A DNA stretch of 32,000 nt from Ignicoccus pacificus DSM 13166 (GTDB lineage Archaea; Thermoproteota; Thermoprotei_A; Sulfolobales; Ignicoccaceae), in contig CP006868.1 of the NCBI GenBank assembly GCA_025340205.1, positions 810,001 through 842,000 on the forward strand, read 5' to 3'. The notes beneath the pieces were generated by a model. That model was not told the DNA's origin and did no database searches. It saw only the letters and a program-made list of their open reading frames with translations. Positions 8,829 to 17,769 of this stretch are shown here, one piece after another; position 1 is the stretch's first letter; each line of letters starts with the position of its first letter. Both the position numbers and the translations under genes were made by a program.

Positions 8829-8909
8829 ATTAGCGAACCCACACAATTCCCATAGGCCTAGGTTATCAAAGTTGCTTCATAAAAATCCTAGCTAACCCAA
8901 AGAGTCGCG

Positions 8910-10631
8910 GTGATGGAACTGAATACGAATAAACTGAGAAAAGTAACACCATATTTCCTATTAATAATACTAAGTATAGCAAGCATGACGCTTGCTGTAT
9001 CGCTCTACAAACCTCCCGCCGGATGCTGGGGCTACGCTCCAGCAGTAATTAGTAAGACTGAAGGAGCTCTGTCGAACCTCTCAGCTACCGTTACCTTAGG
9101 TACTGGAAAGGTTTACGTTGGAGGTCCACTCCTAGGTAATGACTTCCAAGGCTCAATGGATGGCACCGCAGTGGCGTCCAGCATAGTTGCTGGTGTCCCG
9201 ATGACATTACATAACTTCTTGTTCTACCTTAATGACTTGGGCGCTAATGTCACTCTAAACGCCGCCGGACCCAGCGGAAGTGGATTAGCCGCTACTCTAG
9301 CGTTAGCCCAACTTCTCAACGGAACTTGCACCAAACACATTGCCATGACTGGAATGATTGGTTTAGGCGGCGAGATCTTACCTGTAGGAGGCGTCAAGGT
9401 CAAAGCTGAAGCGGTGAAGGCCTATGGTTTATCATTCTTCCTAGTACCTCAAAACGAAACGGTAAAGGTCAAAGGCCTCGAGGTAATACCGATCTCTACC
9501 ATCCTCGATAGCATAAGGTATATGGGAATAACTCCCCACTTCAAGGTCTGCGGAACTCCAAAGTCTCTTGAGGAATCTGCCACAGTCTTTAAGAGTCATT
9601 ATGAGAGATTGTATAACTTGACAGAAGAAGTAATAGCTAAACTTAAGGTTGTATCCCCCGACATCCAGAACCAACTCAGGTATGCCAAGTTAGTAGCTTC
9701 CGAAGGAAGATACTACGCGGCAGCCAGTTACGCCTTTACAGCACTCATAAAAGCATACACAGAGTACTATAAGGAAATCTTGTTGAACTTAACTAAGGGC
9801 AGTAACATCACGTCTACCGTAACTGTAACCGTACCCCTTAACAAGACTGGATCGAATATTACAAATATTCACAAAATCCATGGCATGCATCCTATAAAGA
9901 CAATAAAGCTACCGCCCAAAGCTGAGAAATTCATAAAAGATGAAATAACAAAAATCAAGAAATATACTCAAATAAAACCCAGCAATTGCTATGCTAATTA
10001 TTGGAGTCTTGAGGCTTGCGCTGCTGTGTATAACCGTGAATTCAGACTCTCTAGATATCTTGAAAGGTTATCAACTCCTCAATTCACTAATTCCAGTATA
10101 ACCAACATAGCTTCTCTCTTAGCTTTAGCGAAGGCAAGAGCCGTTAGCATAACCCTATGGAATTCTGCCGTACAGCAGTTGGCCGACATGGATGGTGCTC
10201 CCCCTATTTCGAATATAAAGAAGGTGAGCAAGGAGGCAGTGACTATAGGCCTAGCTGCAGCCAAATACGCGTTAAGCATGATTCCATTGAAGGTAGCATT
10301 CACATCACCCATAAACGATGCTGTGGATAAGATGTATCAAGCATATGTTAATGGTAATTATGCCAAAGCAATAGGTTTAGCTGCCTATACGTATGAGAAT
10401 GCCGCTGATACGCTGATGAGCATAGGTAACTCCACGGCAGTAGCCGAGAAGATTCTACCTATGGTTATGGAAAGATCATACTGTGGCACACCATCTTTCA
10501 TCGCATACAACTACTACGGATATGTGAACAGCCTCCTTAAGACAGATAAATTAAGCGCAGAAGCGTTATCCTACACTGCCCTCTTCTTCGCTCACTTAGC
10601 TGAGACGAACGCGTTCTTCCTACATAAGTGA
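8910..10631 (+). CDS. exported/membrane-anchored Lon-type (MEROPS S16) protease-domain protein lacking an AAA+ module, with a long alpha-helical C-terminal region
   Basis: An N-terminal signal anchor is present (YFLLIILSIASMTLAVSLY). The Lon proteolytic-domain motifs are retained: AAGPSGSGLAATLALAQLL (Ser122, nt 9273-9275; compare the Lon motif PKDGPSAG) and IAMTGMIGLGGEILPVGGVKVKAEAV (Lys163, nt 9396-9398; compare the Lon motif GGxKEK). The Ser-Lys spacing of 41 aa is close to the 43 in E. coli Lon. There is no Walker A/B anywhere. The start is GTG 8910 or the adjacent ATG 8913. Confidence 0.7.
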   Translation: MMELNTNKLRKVTPYFLLIILSIASMTLAVSLYKPPAGCWGYAPAVISKTEGALSNLSATVTLGTGKVYVGGPLLGNDFQGSMDGTAVASSIVAGVPMTLHNFLFYLNDLGANVTLNAAGPSGSGLAATLALAQLLNGTCTKHIAMTGMIGLGGEILPVGGVKVKAEAVKAYGLSFFLVPQNETVKVKGLEVIPISTILDSIRYMGITPHFKVCGTPKSLEESATVFKSHYERLYNLTEEVIAKLKVVSPDIQNQLRYAKLVASEGRYYAAASYAFTALIKAYTEYYKEILLNLTKGSNITSTVTVTVPLNKTGSNITNIHKIHGMHPIKTIKLPPKAEKFIKDEITKIKKYTQIKPSNCYANYWSLEACAAVYNREFRLSRYLERLSTPQFTNSSITNIASLLALAKARAVSITLWNSAVQQLADMDGAPPISNIKKVSKEAVTIGLAAAKYALSMIPLKVAFTSPINDAVDKMYQAYVNGNYAKAIGLAAYTYENAADTLMSIGNSTAVAEKILPMVMERSYCGTPSFIAYNYYGYVNSLLKTDKLSAEALSYTALFFAHLAETNAFFLHK

Positions 10632-10731
10632 CTTTTTGATACTTGATCAAGGCATAACTAATGATTGAGAAATCCCTTTCTTTAAAGAAGACTTTAAGTT
10701 TTCCGTATCCCCTCGGATAAGGGTACAAGTA

Positions 10732-13700
10732 GTGCCATTGAGAAAGATAGCATTAGCAACATTACTTATGTTAATTATCACATCGTTATACGTAGTCCAA
10801 GCATTGACGCTCAACATTTCAACTATTAAAAACACAGTTCCCATAAGCTCCCTCCTAAGCTCAGAGAAGCTATCCTTACCGTTTAAGGAGAAAGTAAACA
10901 TGGTGTTCAAGAGTAAGAATGATGTGTTCCTGCTTACCAACGATATGACGTTATATCGAGGTGTGGTCCAAGGCACTAATTACGTAGTTCTTGCATTTAC
11001 TAAACTTCCATCCACACCTATATGGATTAACGAATCTAGCAGCAAGATCTACATGCTCTTTGAGGATGGGAAATTCTCAGAATACAATATGGCATTAACC
11101 AACTGTTTGAAAACGCTCAACCTTGGTAAGCTCATCGAAGTAGTCGGTTCTGCTTGGAGGTCATTAATACTATTAAATTCCCAAGGGGACCTATTTATAG
11201 TAAAGAACAATGATGTAAAACAATTATCGTCTATAAGTAATAACACAATACCATTGATAAATAGAAACTTAAAGATAATTAAAGTTAATACAAATAACGT
11301 TTCGTTGGCTTGTGGGCTAGGGAAGCTGACTATAGTGGGTTTCAGGATAAATAACAACGTTACAAAAGTTCTCTTGAAGGACATTAACAAAAACGAGTAT
11401 GCACTGGTAGAGCTTGTCATTGATCAAAATAATGTAATAATGGACAAATGCAGTAAATTGAAGACCGTTAATGTAATCAAGGATATTAATAATATGTATA
11501 TAATCACAAGTAATAAAACTTCGTTGATGGCGATCTCGCTAAACTCGAGTATTCCTAATCTCCATATACTATTACCGAAATACAAGAAGTTTACCCTAAC
11601 AAGGTTGAGATTCCTCAGAAACTTTACAGACATTCTTAACTTAAAGGGCTCCCTATTCATGGTTAATAATTATCTGGTCTCAATAAGACCTAAAGATTCT
11701 TCAGTGCTACTTAGCGCTTCTAATATAAAGGACTGTTATTCAACGTTATGCACAGATAGAAAGGGCAACGTCTATATTCTTAGAGATCCCTCACAACCCC
11801 ATACCATACTCATGATCTCATTAACTAGAAAGTTCCTTACCTTAACGAAGGGTGTCATACTGTCATCCTATCTATCTTCACTTTCTAGCGAGAACAAGTA
11901 TCATCTCCCTCTAAGCACACGAGTACCGTCAGTAAAGGTAGAAGTACCAGCCGGACTCTACATTCTGTCTATTAACACTGAAGTTGGCAGAGTAGTTGAG
12001 TTCGTTCCAGCACCACCAGTCTCATGGGATTTCGATCCACTATTCGTACCCATAGAGATATCGCCGGAAATAATAGTTCCATATGTATACACAGTGACAA
12101 TAAAAGTAATCGACTCTCAGACGCATGAACCAATAGGTGGAGCGCTTGTTTACATCACTGGTACTACCGTTAGAGGCAAGACCGTAAATATAGGTCCTCT
12201 CATAACGCCAGCTGATGGTACTATAAAGATAAAGCTAGAAAAAGGTACGTACACAATAAGGATTACACATAACCTCTACAAAACATATGTTAAGAGAATA
12301 GTGCTTAGATCCAACCTTAACTTAGTTGCAAAGCTGATAATAAAGGGTACAAACGTATACTTCATTGTCAAGAGTAAAGGTGCTCCTCCCCTGATCAAAC
12401 CGGAGCCACTTAAGAATGCCACAATAAAGCTCGTAGGACCTCTAACGCTAACACTACATACTGATAATAGAGGCGTGGCCAAGGCAATACTCAGACCTGG
12501 TCTTTATACGATAAATGTAACGGCTCCACTTCATAGACCTTACAGTGGCACCCTCACAGTACCTCCGGGCGCTCCTACAATAAAGAAAACGATAGCCTTG
12601 GAACCAGTTCTAATAAACTTAGTCTTAACGGTCATAGATGCTGTGACTAAGAAGCCTGTAATTCCGAACTTAGTTAAGTTAACAGCACTCTCATTACCTA
12701 ATACACCATCGTTAACCATAACTAACCCGCCCTCAAATGTAATAAACGCTAAGATACCACCCGGAAGGTATCTAATACAAGTGATTGCGAAGAACTATAA
12801 CGAGTTTAAGAGGGTTTACACGCTCACTAAAGATACTCAATTGACTATAGCGTTACATTACAAGACGATAAAAGTCAGAATAATGGTCTATGATGAGTTG
12901 AGAAGACCGGTTGATCACTTTAACATAACATTATACAATGAGATCTTAGGCGTGAGGTTTAACTTCACACTAACAGCGCAATCAAACGTAGTGGAGTTAC
13001 CACCTGGTCTCTATAAAGTAAAAGTTACTGCTCCCGGCTTCGAACCATTAATAACTGAAATAAAGATAGACGAGAACACTCAAGTAATACAACTCACCAT
13101 AGCTCACAAGACATTCAACATAATAATAAGGGCTACCACTAACGATAAATTACTATATGACTTCATCAGTAAGTGTAAGGGCAATATACAAGGAGGTCCA
13201 TTGCTCAAACCTCTGCCATTACCAGTAATGACGAAGCCTAAGCTCGAAGCCTCAGTAAAGCTACCGAAGGGTACATACCAAGTTTCTCTACAATGCTTCT
13301 CGTATAATGGAAAACTGGCTGCTACTGGCTCGGCTTCATTCGCGGTACCCTTAAAGAGAACAGTATTGGTGAACCTCATACCGTCGAAGACTCCTGTAGA
13401 AGTCAGAGTGGTGGATGTCAGAAACAATAAACCAGTGACAAGAGCGCTCGTGAAGATCTACTACAATGGAAAGTTAATCGGTGAAGGTCAAACGAACTAT
13501 ATGGGAATAGCCAAAATCATGGTAAACACATACTACATAGGAAAACAAGTTACAATATCCATAACCGCACCGGGCTATCAGTCATACTCCTCCACCGTGA
13601 TTCTAACAGAGAGATTACCTACGATTTACCTAAAGCCGGCACCGACAATTATCGAGATCTTGCTAGGTAACCCGGTATTGCTAATAGTACTAGTGTTCGT

Positions 13701-13779
13701 AGCGGGTGCAGGAGCATACCTCATATCGACGTTCCTAGGAAGAGGCGAGGAGGAGGAGATCTTTGAGGAACTCGTCTGA
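10732..13779 (+). CDS. large cell-surface protein: signal peptide, propeller-like N-terminal region, six tandem beta-sandwich (CarboxypepD_reg/PEGA-like) repeats, C-terminal TM anchor and acidic tail
   Basis: 1015-aa ORF with a GTG start. The signal peptide is MPLRKIALATLLMLIITSLYVVQA. The N-terminal 430 aa carry recurring blade-like motifs (NDVFLLTNDMTLY, SKIYMLFEDGKFSEY, GDLFIVKNNDV, NNMYIITSNKTS, GSLFMVNNYLVSI, GNVYILRDPSQ). Six repeats of about 85-90 aa follow, each ending in a motif like PPGLYKVKVTAPGFEP, RPGLYTINVTAPLHRPY, EKGTYTIRITHNLYKTY, PPGRYLIQVIAKNYNEF, PKGTYQVSLQ or VTISITAPGYQSY. The C-terminus is PVLLIVLVFVAGAGAYLISTFL followed by GRGEEEEIFEELV. Confidence 0.7.
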   Translation: MPLRKIALATLLMLIITSLYVVQALTLNISTIKNTVPISSLLSSEKLSLPFKEKVNMVFKSKNDVFLLTNDMTLYRGVVQGTNYVVLAFTKLPSTPIWINESSSKIYMLFEDGKFSEYNMALTNCLKTLNLGKLIEVVGSAWRSLILLNSQGDLFIVKNNDVKQLSSISNNTIPLINRNLKIIKVNTNNVSLACGLGKLTIVGFRINNNVTKVLLKDINKNEYALVELVIDQNNVIMDKCSKLKTVNVIKDINNMYIITSNKTSLMAISLNSSIPNLHILLPKYKKFTLTRLRFLRNFTDILNLKGSLFMVNNYLVSIRPKDSSVLLSASNIKDCYSTLCTDRKGNVYILRDPSQPHTILMISLTRKFLTLTKGVILSSYLSSLSSENKYHLPLSTRVPSVKVEVPAGLYILSINTEVGRVVEFVPAPPVSWDFDPLFVPIEISPEIIVPYVYTVTIKVIDSQTHEPIGGALVYITGTTVRGKTVNIGPLITPADGTIKIKLEKGTYTIRITHNLYKTYVKRIVLRSNLNLVAKLIIKGTNVYFIVKSKGAPPLIKPEPLKNATIKLVGPLTLTLHTDNRGVAKAILRPGLYTINVTAPLHRPYSGTLTVPPGAPTIKKTIALEPVLINLVLTVIDAVTKKPVIPNLVKLTALSLPNTPSLTITNPPSNVINAKIPPGRYLIQVIAKNYNEFKRVYTLTKDTQLTIALHYKTIKVRIMVYDELRRPVDHFNITLYNEILGVRFNFTLTAQSNVVELPPGLYKVKVTAPGFEPLITEIKIDENTQVIQLTIAHKTFNIIIRATTNDKLLYDFISKCKGNIQGGPLLKPLPLPVMTKPKLEASVKLPKGTYQVSLQCFSYNGKLAATGSASFAVPLKRTVLVNLIPSKTPVEVRVVDVRNNKPVTRALVKIYYNGKLIGEGQTNYMGIAKIMVNTYYIGKQVTISITAPGYQSYSSTVILTERLPTIYLKPAPTIIEILLGNPVLLIVLVFVAGAGAYLISTFLGRGEEEEIFEELV
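12082..13644 (+). repeat. six tandem protein-level repeats (beta-sandwich, PEGA/carboxypeptidase-regulatory-like) inside the 1015-aa surface protein
   Basis: The repeats were read from the translation, aa 451-971. Each unit begins with an alternating hydrophobic strand (for example YTVTIKVID, KVRIMVYDE, VEVRVVDVRN) and ends with a (P)xG-x-Y-x-[IV]-x-[IV]-x-A-x-G/N-[YF] motif. They are diverged at the DNA level, and I saw no long exact nucleotide repeats. Confidence 0.6.
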
Positions 13780-14872
13780 ACTAGAAGTACCAGTAAACGA
13801 TAGTCATGTTTACAAGGTCATAATAGGAAGAGGTGTGCTCGAAAACTTAAACGGATTTATTTCACCACCTATTGAACCCAAGCTTTCCCTAATAGGAAGA
13901 GGAGTGCATGAACACGTACCATGGCTATACTATTCTCTTAGAAAGGTATTTGAGGAAGTGAAGATAGTTGAAGATGGTGAAGAGAGCAAAAACTTGGAAA
14001 CGGCGCTTAAGATCGTAGAAGATTTATGGAGGCTTGGCGCTACCCGGTGGAGCGCCCTGGCCGTCGCCTCTGGCGGAAGTTTAGGTGATACTGCAGCCTT
14101 CGCTGCATCGATATACATGAGAGGTATTCCATTTGTTCAAATACCAACGACGTTGTTAGCGATGATAGATAGCGCTCTCGGTGGAAAGACCGCTGTGAAC
14201 TATTCGGGCGTGAAGAATATCTTAGGGTCTTTCTATCATCCATGGTTGGTAGTGGACGATCTGAGGTTTCTAGATACGCTGCCAAATAGGGTGTTCAGAA
14301 GCAGTTTAGCAGAGGCCCTGAAATATGGATTCACGCTAGACAAAGGTTACTTGGATTTCATGATTCATAACAGAGATAACATCTTACGTAGAGATGACTT
14401 ACCGCTGATCGAATTGATCAAACAAGCTACTGAGCTAAAGTTGAGCGTAGTATCTCAAGATCCTAGGGAAAGGAAAGGAATTAGAGAAGTCTTGAACTTC
14501 GGTCATACCATAGGTCATGTGTTGGAATCCGCTTCAAACTTCAAGTTACTTCATGGTGAAGCGGTCGCTTTCGGTATGCTTGTAGAAAGCAAGATTAGCG
14601 AGGATGAAGGATGTAAGGACTGTTTTAATGTTATCTTATCTACAATATCGGATTATGCCATACTCGATGACGTAGTCGACATCATTCCAGAACTTGATTT
14701 CCAACAGTACAAGGAGTTATTATATAGGGATAAGAAGAGGGTCGGTGACAAGATTAGGTTACCGATGCTCAAGGAGATAGGGAAATGGGAATTAGTACTC
14801 TATCCCTTTGAGTCGTTCGCTGAAAAGAGCTACAAGGCCTATAGGGAGATACTAAAGAAGCTCAAGGGATAG
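13763..14872 (+). CDS. aroB: 3-dehydroquinate synthase
   Basis: ASGGSLGDTAAFAASIYMRGIPFVQIPTTLLAMIDSALGGKTAVNYSGVKNILGSFYHP is the AroB NAD/metal-site core. NFGHTIGHVLE...LHGEAVAFG carries the conserved His ligands. The TTG start at 13763 is preceded by GGAGGAGGAG (13750-13760) and overlaps the upstream gene by 17 nt. Confidence 0.85.
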   Translation: MRNSSELEVPVNDSHVYKVIIGRGVLENLNGFISPPIEPKLSLIGRGVHEHVPWLYYSLRKVFEEVKIVEDGEESKNLETALKIVEDLWRLGATRWSALAVASGGSLGDTAAFAASIYMRGIPFVQIPTTLLAMIDSALGGKTAVNYSGVKNILGSFYHPWLVVDDLRFLDTLPNRVFRSSLAEALKYGFTLDKGYLDFMIHNRDNILRRDDLPLIELIKQATELKLSVVSQDPRERKGIREVLNFGHTIGHVLESASNFKLLHGEAVAFGMLVESKISEDEGCKDCFNVILSTISDYAILDDVVDIIPELDFQQYKELLYRDKKRVGDKIRLPMLKEIGKWELVLYPFESFAEKSYKAYREILKKLKG

Positions 14873-15565
14873 AGCGACGACTGGTCCGGCGTTTAACCCG
14901 TAGTATCCTTCATAAACCTTTTCTGCTTCCTCTACACTAAATCCGGGCAAGACGCGCTCTGTTCCCTCATTCTCTAACATTTCTTTGAAGTTATTGTAAA
15001 TCACGTATCTCTTTACACGACAATAGATCTTCCTCTTGTTCTTTACGCTCTTAAATTCTATTATGTGTCCAACCCTTATCCTCCTTCTCTTTTCATCGTA
15101 AAGTCTTCCTTCAACCACCTTTTCCTCTTTCAATATCAATTCAAACCACTTATCATCTAATTTCATTTGATGGACTTGTTCCTTGGAATATGTGATGGCT
15201 AAGAATGGATCTATTATATCGCCCTCTTGTAGCGCCCTAATATCTTGGTATGGCTTATCCATCATCTCCTTCTTACTTACATTAGATATGATGAAGTCTA
15301 CATGTATAGCTGGAGGGAACTCCCAGAGCCCTATCGAGGTTTTCTCGTCGACGAATACTAAACCTTTAGGAGCTATTAACACAGAAACATGTTTCCAATT
15401 AACCCATCCTTCCACAGGATTCTTACATTTCAATCCTTTCGGACAAAAGGTATACTCGCCGTCCTTCAATCCTATGCTTATCTCACCATCTAGATGATTT
15501 ACTGCTATTTGCAGATCCTTGCTAGATATGACGAATTTATCATTGCCGAGGTACCTAACTATCAA
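14852..15565 (-). CDS. ASCH (PUA-like) domain protein with an uncharacterised N-terminal domain
   Basis: The C-terminal 100 aa (KLDDKWFELILKEEKVVEGRLYDEKRRRIRVGHIIEF...RVKRYVIYNNFKEMLE...VLPGF) fit the ASCH beta-barrel pattern. The N-terminal 130 aa begin like a metallo-beta-lactamase strand (MIVRYLGNDKFVIS) but lack the HxHxDH motif. Confidence 0.55.
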   Translation of the reverse strand: MIVRYLGNDKFVISSKDLQIAVNHLDGEISIGLKDGEYTFCPKGLKCKNPVEGWVNWKHVSVLIAPKGLVFVDEKTSIGLWEFPPAIHVDFIISNVSKKEMMDKPYQDIRALQEGDIIDPFLAITYSKEQVHQMKLDDKWFELILKEEKVVEGRLYDEKRRRIRVGHIIEFKSVKNKRKIYCRVKRYVIYNNFKEMLENEGTERVLPGFSVEEAEKVYEGYYGLNAGPVVALSLELL

Positions 15566-15622
15566 TTTTATCCTTCATTAACTTTAGAGAGGTAGCTTCT
15601 TAATCGATTCTGGTGAGTGACT

Positions 15623-16036
15623 ATGGCTGTTTACCATAAAGAGATTAGAATAAGGTCATCAAGTCGAAAGCAACTAATCGACATAACCGACGAGGTGGAG
15701 GCTGCCGTAAGAGAGAGTGGCATCAAAAACGGAATATGTCAAGTATTTGTGCCACACGCTACAGCAGCTATCATAGCGAATGAGCATGAAAGCGGTCTGA
15801 TGAGTGACATTCTTAGAGCTCTTGAAGAACTCGTTCCCCCTGATGGTAATTGGTTGCATAATAGGATAGATAATAATGCGGATGCCCATATCTTGGCATC
15901 TATAATAGGACCATCAAGATCCTTTCCGGTAGTTAATGGTACACTTGTTAGAGGGACATGGCAAAACATATTCGTAGTAGAGCTCGATGGTCCCCGGTAC
16001 TCTAGAAGAGTTATCGTAACGGTGATTGGAGAATGA
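15623..16036 (+). CDS. YjbQ/UPF0047 family protein (secondary thiamine-phosphate synthase-like)
   Basis: [11 protein letters not shown]...[22 protein letters not shown]...[14 protein letters not shown] matches the YjbQ family pattern. The ATG at 15623 is preceded by GGTGA (15612-15616). The tracked GTG at 15617 is two codons upstream. There is an ATGA overlap with the next gene. Confidence 0.75.
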   Translation: MAVYHKEIRIRSSSRKQLIDITDEVEAAVRESGIKNGICQVFVPHATAAIIANEHESGLMSDILRALEELVPPDGNWLHNRIDNNADAHILASIIGPSRSFPVVNGTLVRGTWQNIFVVELDGPRYSRRVIVTVIGE

Positions 16037-17202
16037 GGTTGTACATAGCTAGAGAGAATGAGATACTCTCTGGAGAAGCCACTGATATCTACTTTAAAAG
16101 GACAGTTGATGTAATAAAAAAGTCGAATAAGGATAAGAGAGTTCGGATGGAATTTCATGCGTATTCATTACCGTACGATTGGGCGGTATTCGCCGGTCTC
16201 GAGGAGGCATTAACGATACTGGGAGGGAAGAACGTTGACGTTTACGCTGTGCCAGAGGGGACCATCTTTAGGCCCAAGCAGCCCCTTATGGTAATTGAAG
16301 GCGACTACACAGAATTTGGGGAGTTGGAAACTGCTATATTAGGTGTTCTGAGACACTCAACCTCTATAGCCACCAAGGCAGCTAGAATAAAGCTGGCTGC
16401 GGGAAACAAGAGCGTCTTGTTCTTCGGTCTAAGGGCGTTACACCCTGCCATTCAGCCAATGGCTGATAGAGCAGCTTACATAGGTGGTGTTGATGGCGTA
16501 GCTGGTAACTTAAGTGAGAAATACCTGGGAATAAAACCAGTAGGTACGATGCCACACGCGTTAATGTTAGTCTTCGGTGACCCTGAAGAGGCGTGGAAAG
16601 CGTTCGACGAATATGTTGAAGAGGAGGTACCACGGATAGTCCTCGTAGATACGTTTTGTGATGAGAGAATGGAGGCATTGAAGGCTGCCAAGCTACTAAG
16701 GGAAAAGCTGAGAGGAGTCAGATTAGATACGCCAGGATCCAGGAGAGGTAACATGAGAGCCATCGTGGAAGAGGTTCGCTGGACACTAGATCTCCACGGC
16801 TTCAAGAACGTACAAATCATAGTGAGTGGAGGTTTGAACGAAGAAAAGATAAGGGAGCTAAGGGACTTAGTCGACGCTTTCGGTGTAGGAACCTCAATAG
16901 CTTTTCCGAAGAGCGTTGACATAAGCGCCGACATAGTCGAGGTCTATGAAAATGGTAAATGGACTCCTCGCAGCAAAAGAGGTAAGTGGCCTGGCTTCAA
17001 GCAACTCTATCGTTGCAATGTAAACGAGGACTATGTAGTACCTTGGAACGATGAACCTCCGAAATGTAGAGACGGTACCAAACCGAAGGCCATGCTTCGA
17101 AAAGTCATGGAGAATGGTAGATTATTAATTGAACCTCCTTCAATAGAAGAAATAAGGAAATACGTATTGGAACAGCTTAACGAGATCGAGGACAAAGTTT
17201 GA
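16033..17202 (+). CDS. nicotinate phosphoribosyltransferase (archaeal type)
   Basis: 389 aa. The N-terminal [17 protein letters not shown], and a C-terminal barrel with [10 protein letters not shown]...DAFGVGTS are typical of the type II PRTase/NAPRTase family. Confidence 0.75.
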   Translation: MRLYIARENEILSGEATDIYFKRTVDVIKKSNKDKRVRMEFHAYSLPYDWAVFAGLEEALTILGGKNVDVYAVPEGTIFRPKQPLMVIEGDYTEFGELETAILGVLRHSTSIATKAARIKLAAGNKSVLFFGLRALHPAIQPMADRAAYIGGVDGVAGNLSEKYLGIKPVGTMPHALMLVFGDPEEAWKAFDEYVEEEVPRIVLVDTFCDERMEALKAAKLLREKLRGVRLDTPGSRRGNMRAIVEEVRWTLDLHGFKNVQIIVSGGLNEEKIRELRDLVDAFGVGTSIAFPKSVDISADIVEVYENGKWTPRSKRGKWPGFKQLYRCNVNEDYVVPWNDEPPKCRDGTKPKAMLRKVMENGRLLIEPPSIEEIRKYVLEQLNEIEDKV

Positions 17203-17668
17203 ATAATTCATCTCCTAGATGATGTATGTTCTTAATTACCTTCCCTCTCTTCATCTGGCTCATTTCTTGTAAGTCGTAAAGTGCTTCCCCTACCGCTATC
17301 GGAAAAGGCAGTTTCACTGTGTAAACCAATACTATATCACCTTTTTTGAAGTCTCCCTTAAAGTCAACTATTCCAGGTCTCATGACATCTGCTCCATTAG
17401 TTATGAACTTCACAGCACCCTCATCGACTACAACACCGGGTCCCTCTATTTGTTGTCCACAGAGTATTGGTACCATTTTACCCTTTACCATTGCTACTCG
17501 CGGTACATCGTTTACGTAATAAACGAGGTATTCCTTTTTCTTCTCATCAAATATTATTCGCGCCTCCTCCACTTTGTCGCTCACACTTATGTTAAGCCAA
17601 GGCAAGTTAAGTTCTGCGATTAGTTTTTTCTTCTCCTTCTTCGAAAGTTGCCTCTTCAACACGCGCAC
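17177..17668 (-). CDS. PUA-domain RNA-binding protein (Tma20/MCT-1-like, COG2016-type)
   Basis: [15 protein letters not shown] at the N-terminus and ...[36 protein letters not shown]... form a typical PUA fold signature. Family members start just before the R-x-LSKKE motif. I therefore prefer the GTG at 17668 (or GTG 17662 / TTG 17659) over the tracked ATG at 17722, whose extra 18 codons overlap a candidate C/D sRNA. The 3' end overlaps the convergent gene by 26 nt. Confidence 0.7.
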   Translation of the reverse strand: MRVLKRQLSKKEKKKLIAELNLPWLNISVSDKVEEARIIFDEKKKEYLVYYVNDVPRVAMVKGKMVPILCGQQIEGPGVVVDEGAVKFITNGADVMRPGIVDFKGDFKKGDIVLVYTVKLPFPIAVGEALYDLQEMSQMKRGKVIKNIHHLGDELFKLCPRSR

Positions 17669-17708
17669 TTGATTACCCCCATTCTGAAGACTTGGATGAA
17701 GGTTTATG

Positions 17709-17769
17709 AGATGATGAACCATGTCGGGCGACTGAAGGAAAGATGATGTCCTTCCCCCGACTACTGATA
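17709..17769 (+). ncRNA. candidate C/D box sRNA (2'-O-methylation guide)
   Basis: The ordered boxes on the + strand are: C box ATGATGA (17711-17717), 14 nt, D' CTGA (17732-17735), 7-nt spacer, C' ATGATGT (17743-17749), 14 nt, D CTGA (17764-17767). The layout is symmetric, about 57 nt box to box, and both guides are G+C-rich (ACCATGTCGGGCGA and CCTTCCCCCGACTA). Caveats: the spacers are 14 nt rather than the canonical about 12, there is no clear terminal stem, and I identified no rRNA/tRNA target. Confidence 0.5.

Noticed and set aside
10647-11660. Antisense ORFs (10647-10976, 11049-11420, 11424-11660, - strand) under the 5' part of the 1015-aa gene.
   Set aside because: They lie in an A+T-rich, Asn/Lys/Ile-coding region. 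The ORFs are low-complexity and mutually contiguous only by chance, and the + strand ORF is uninterrupted for 3 kb with a signal peptide and domain repeats.
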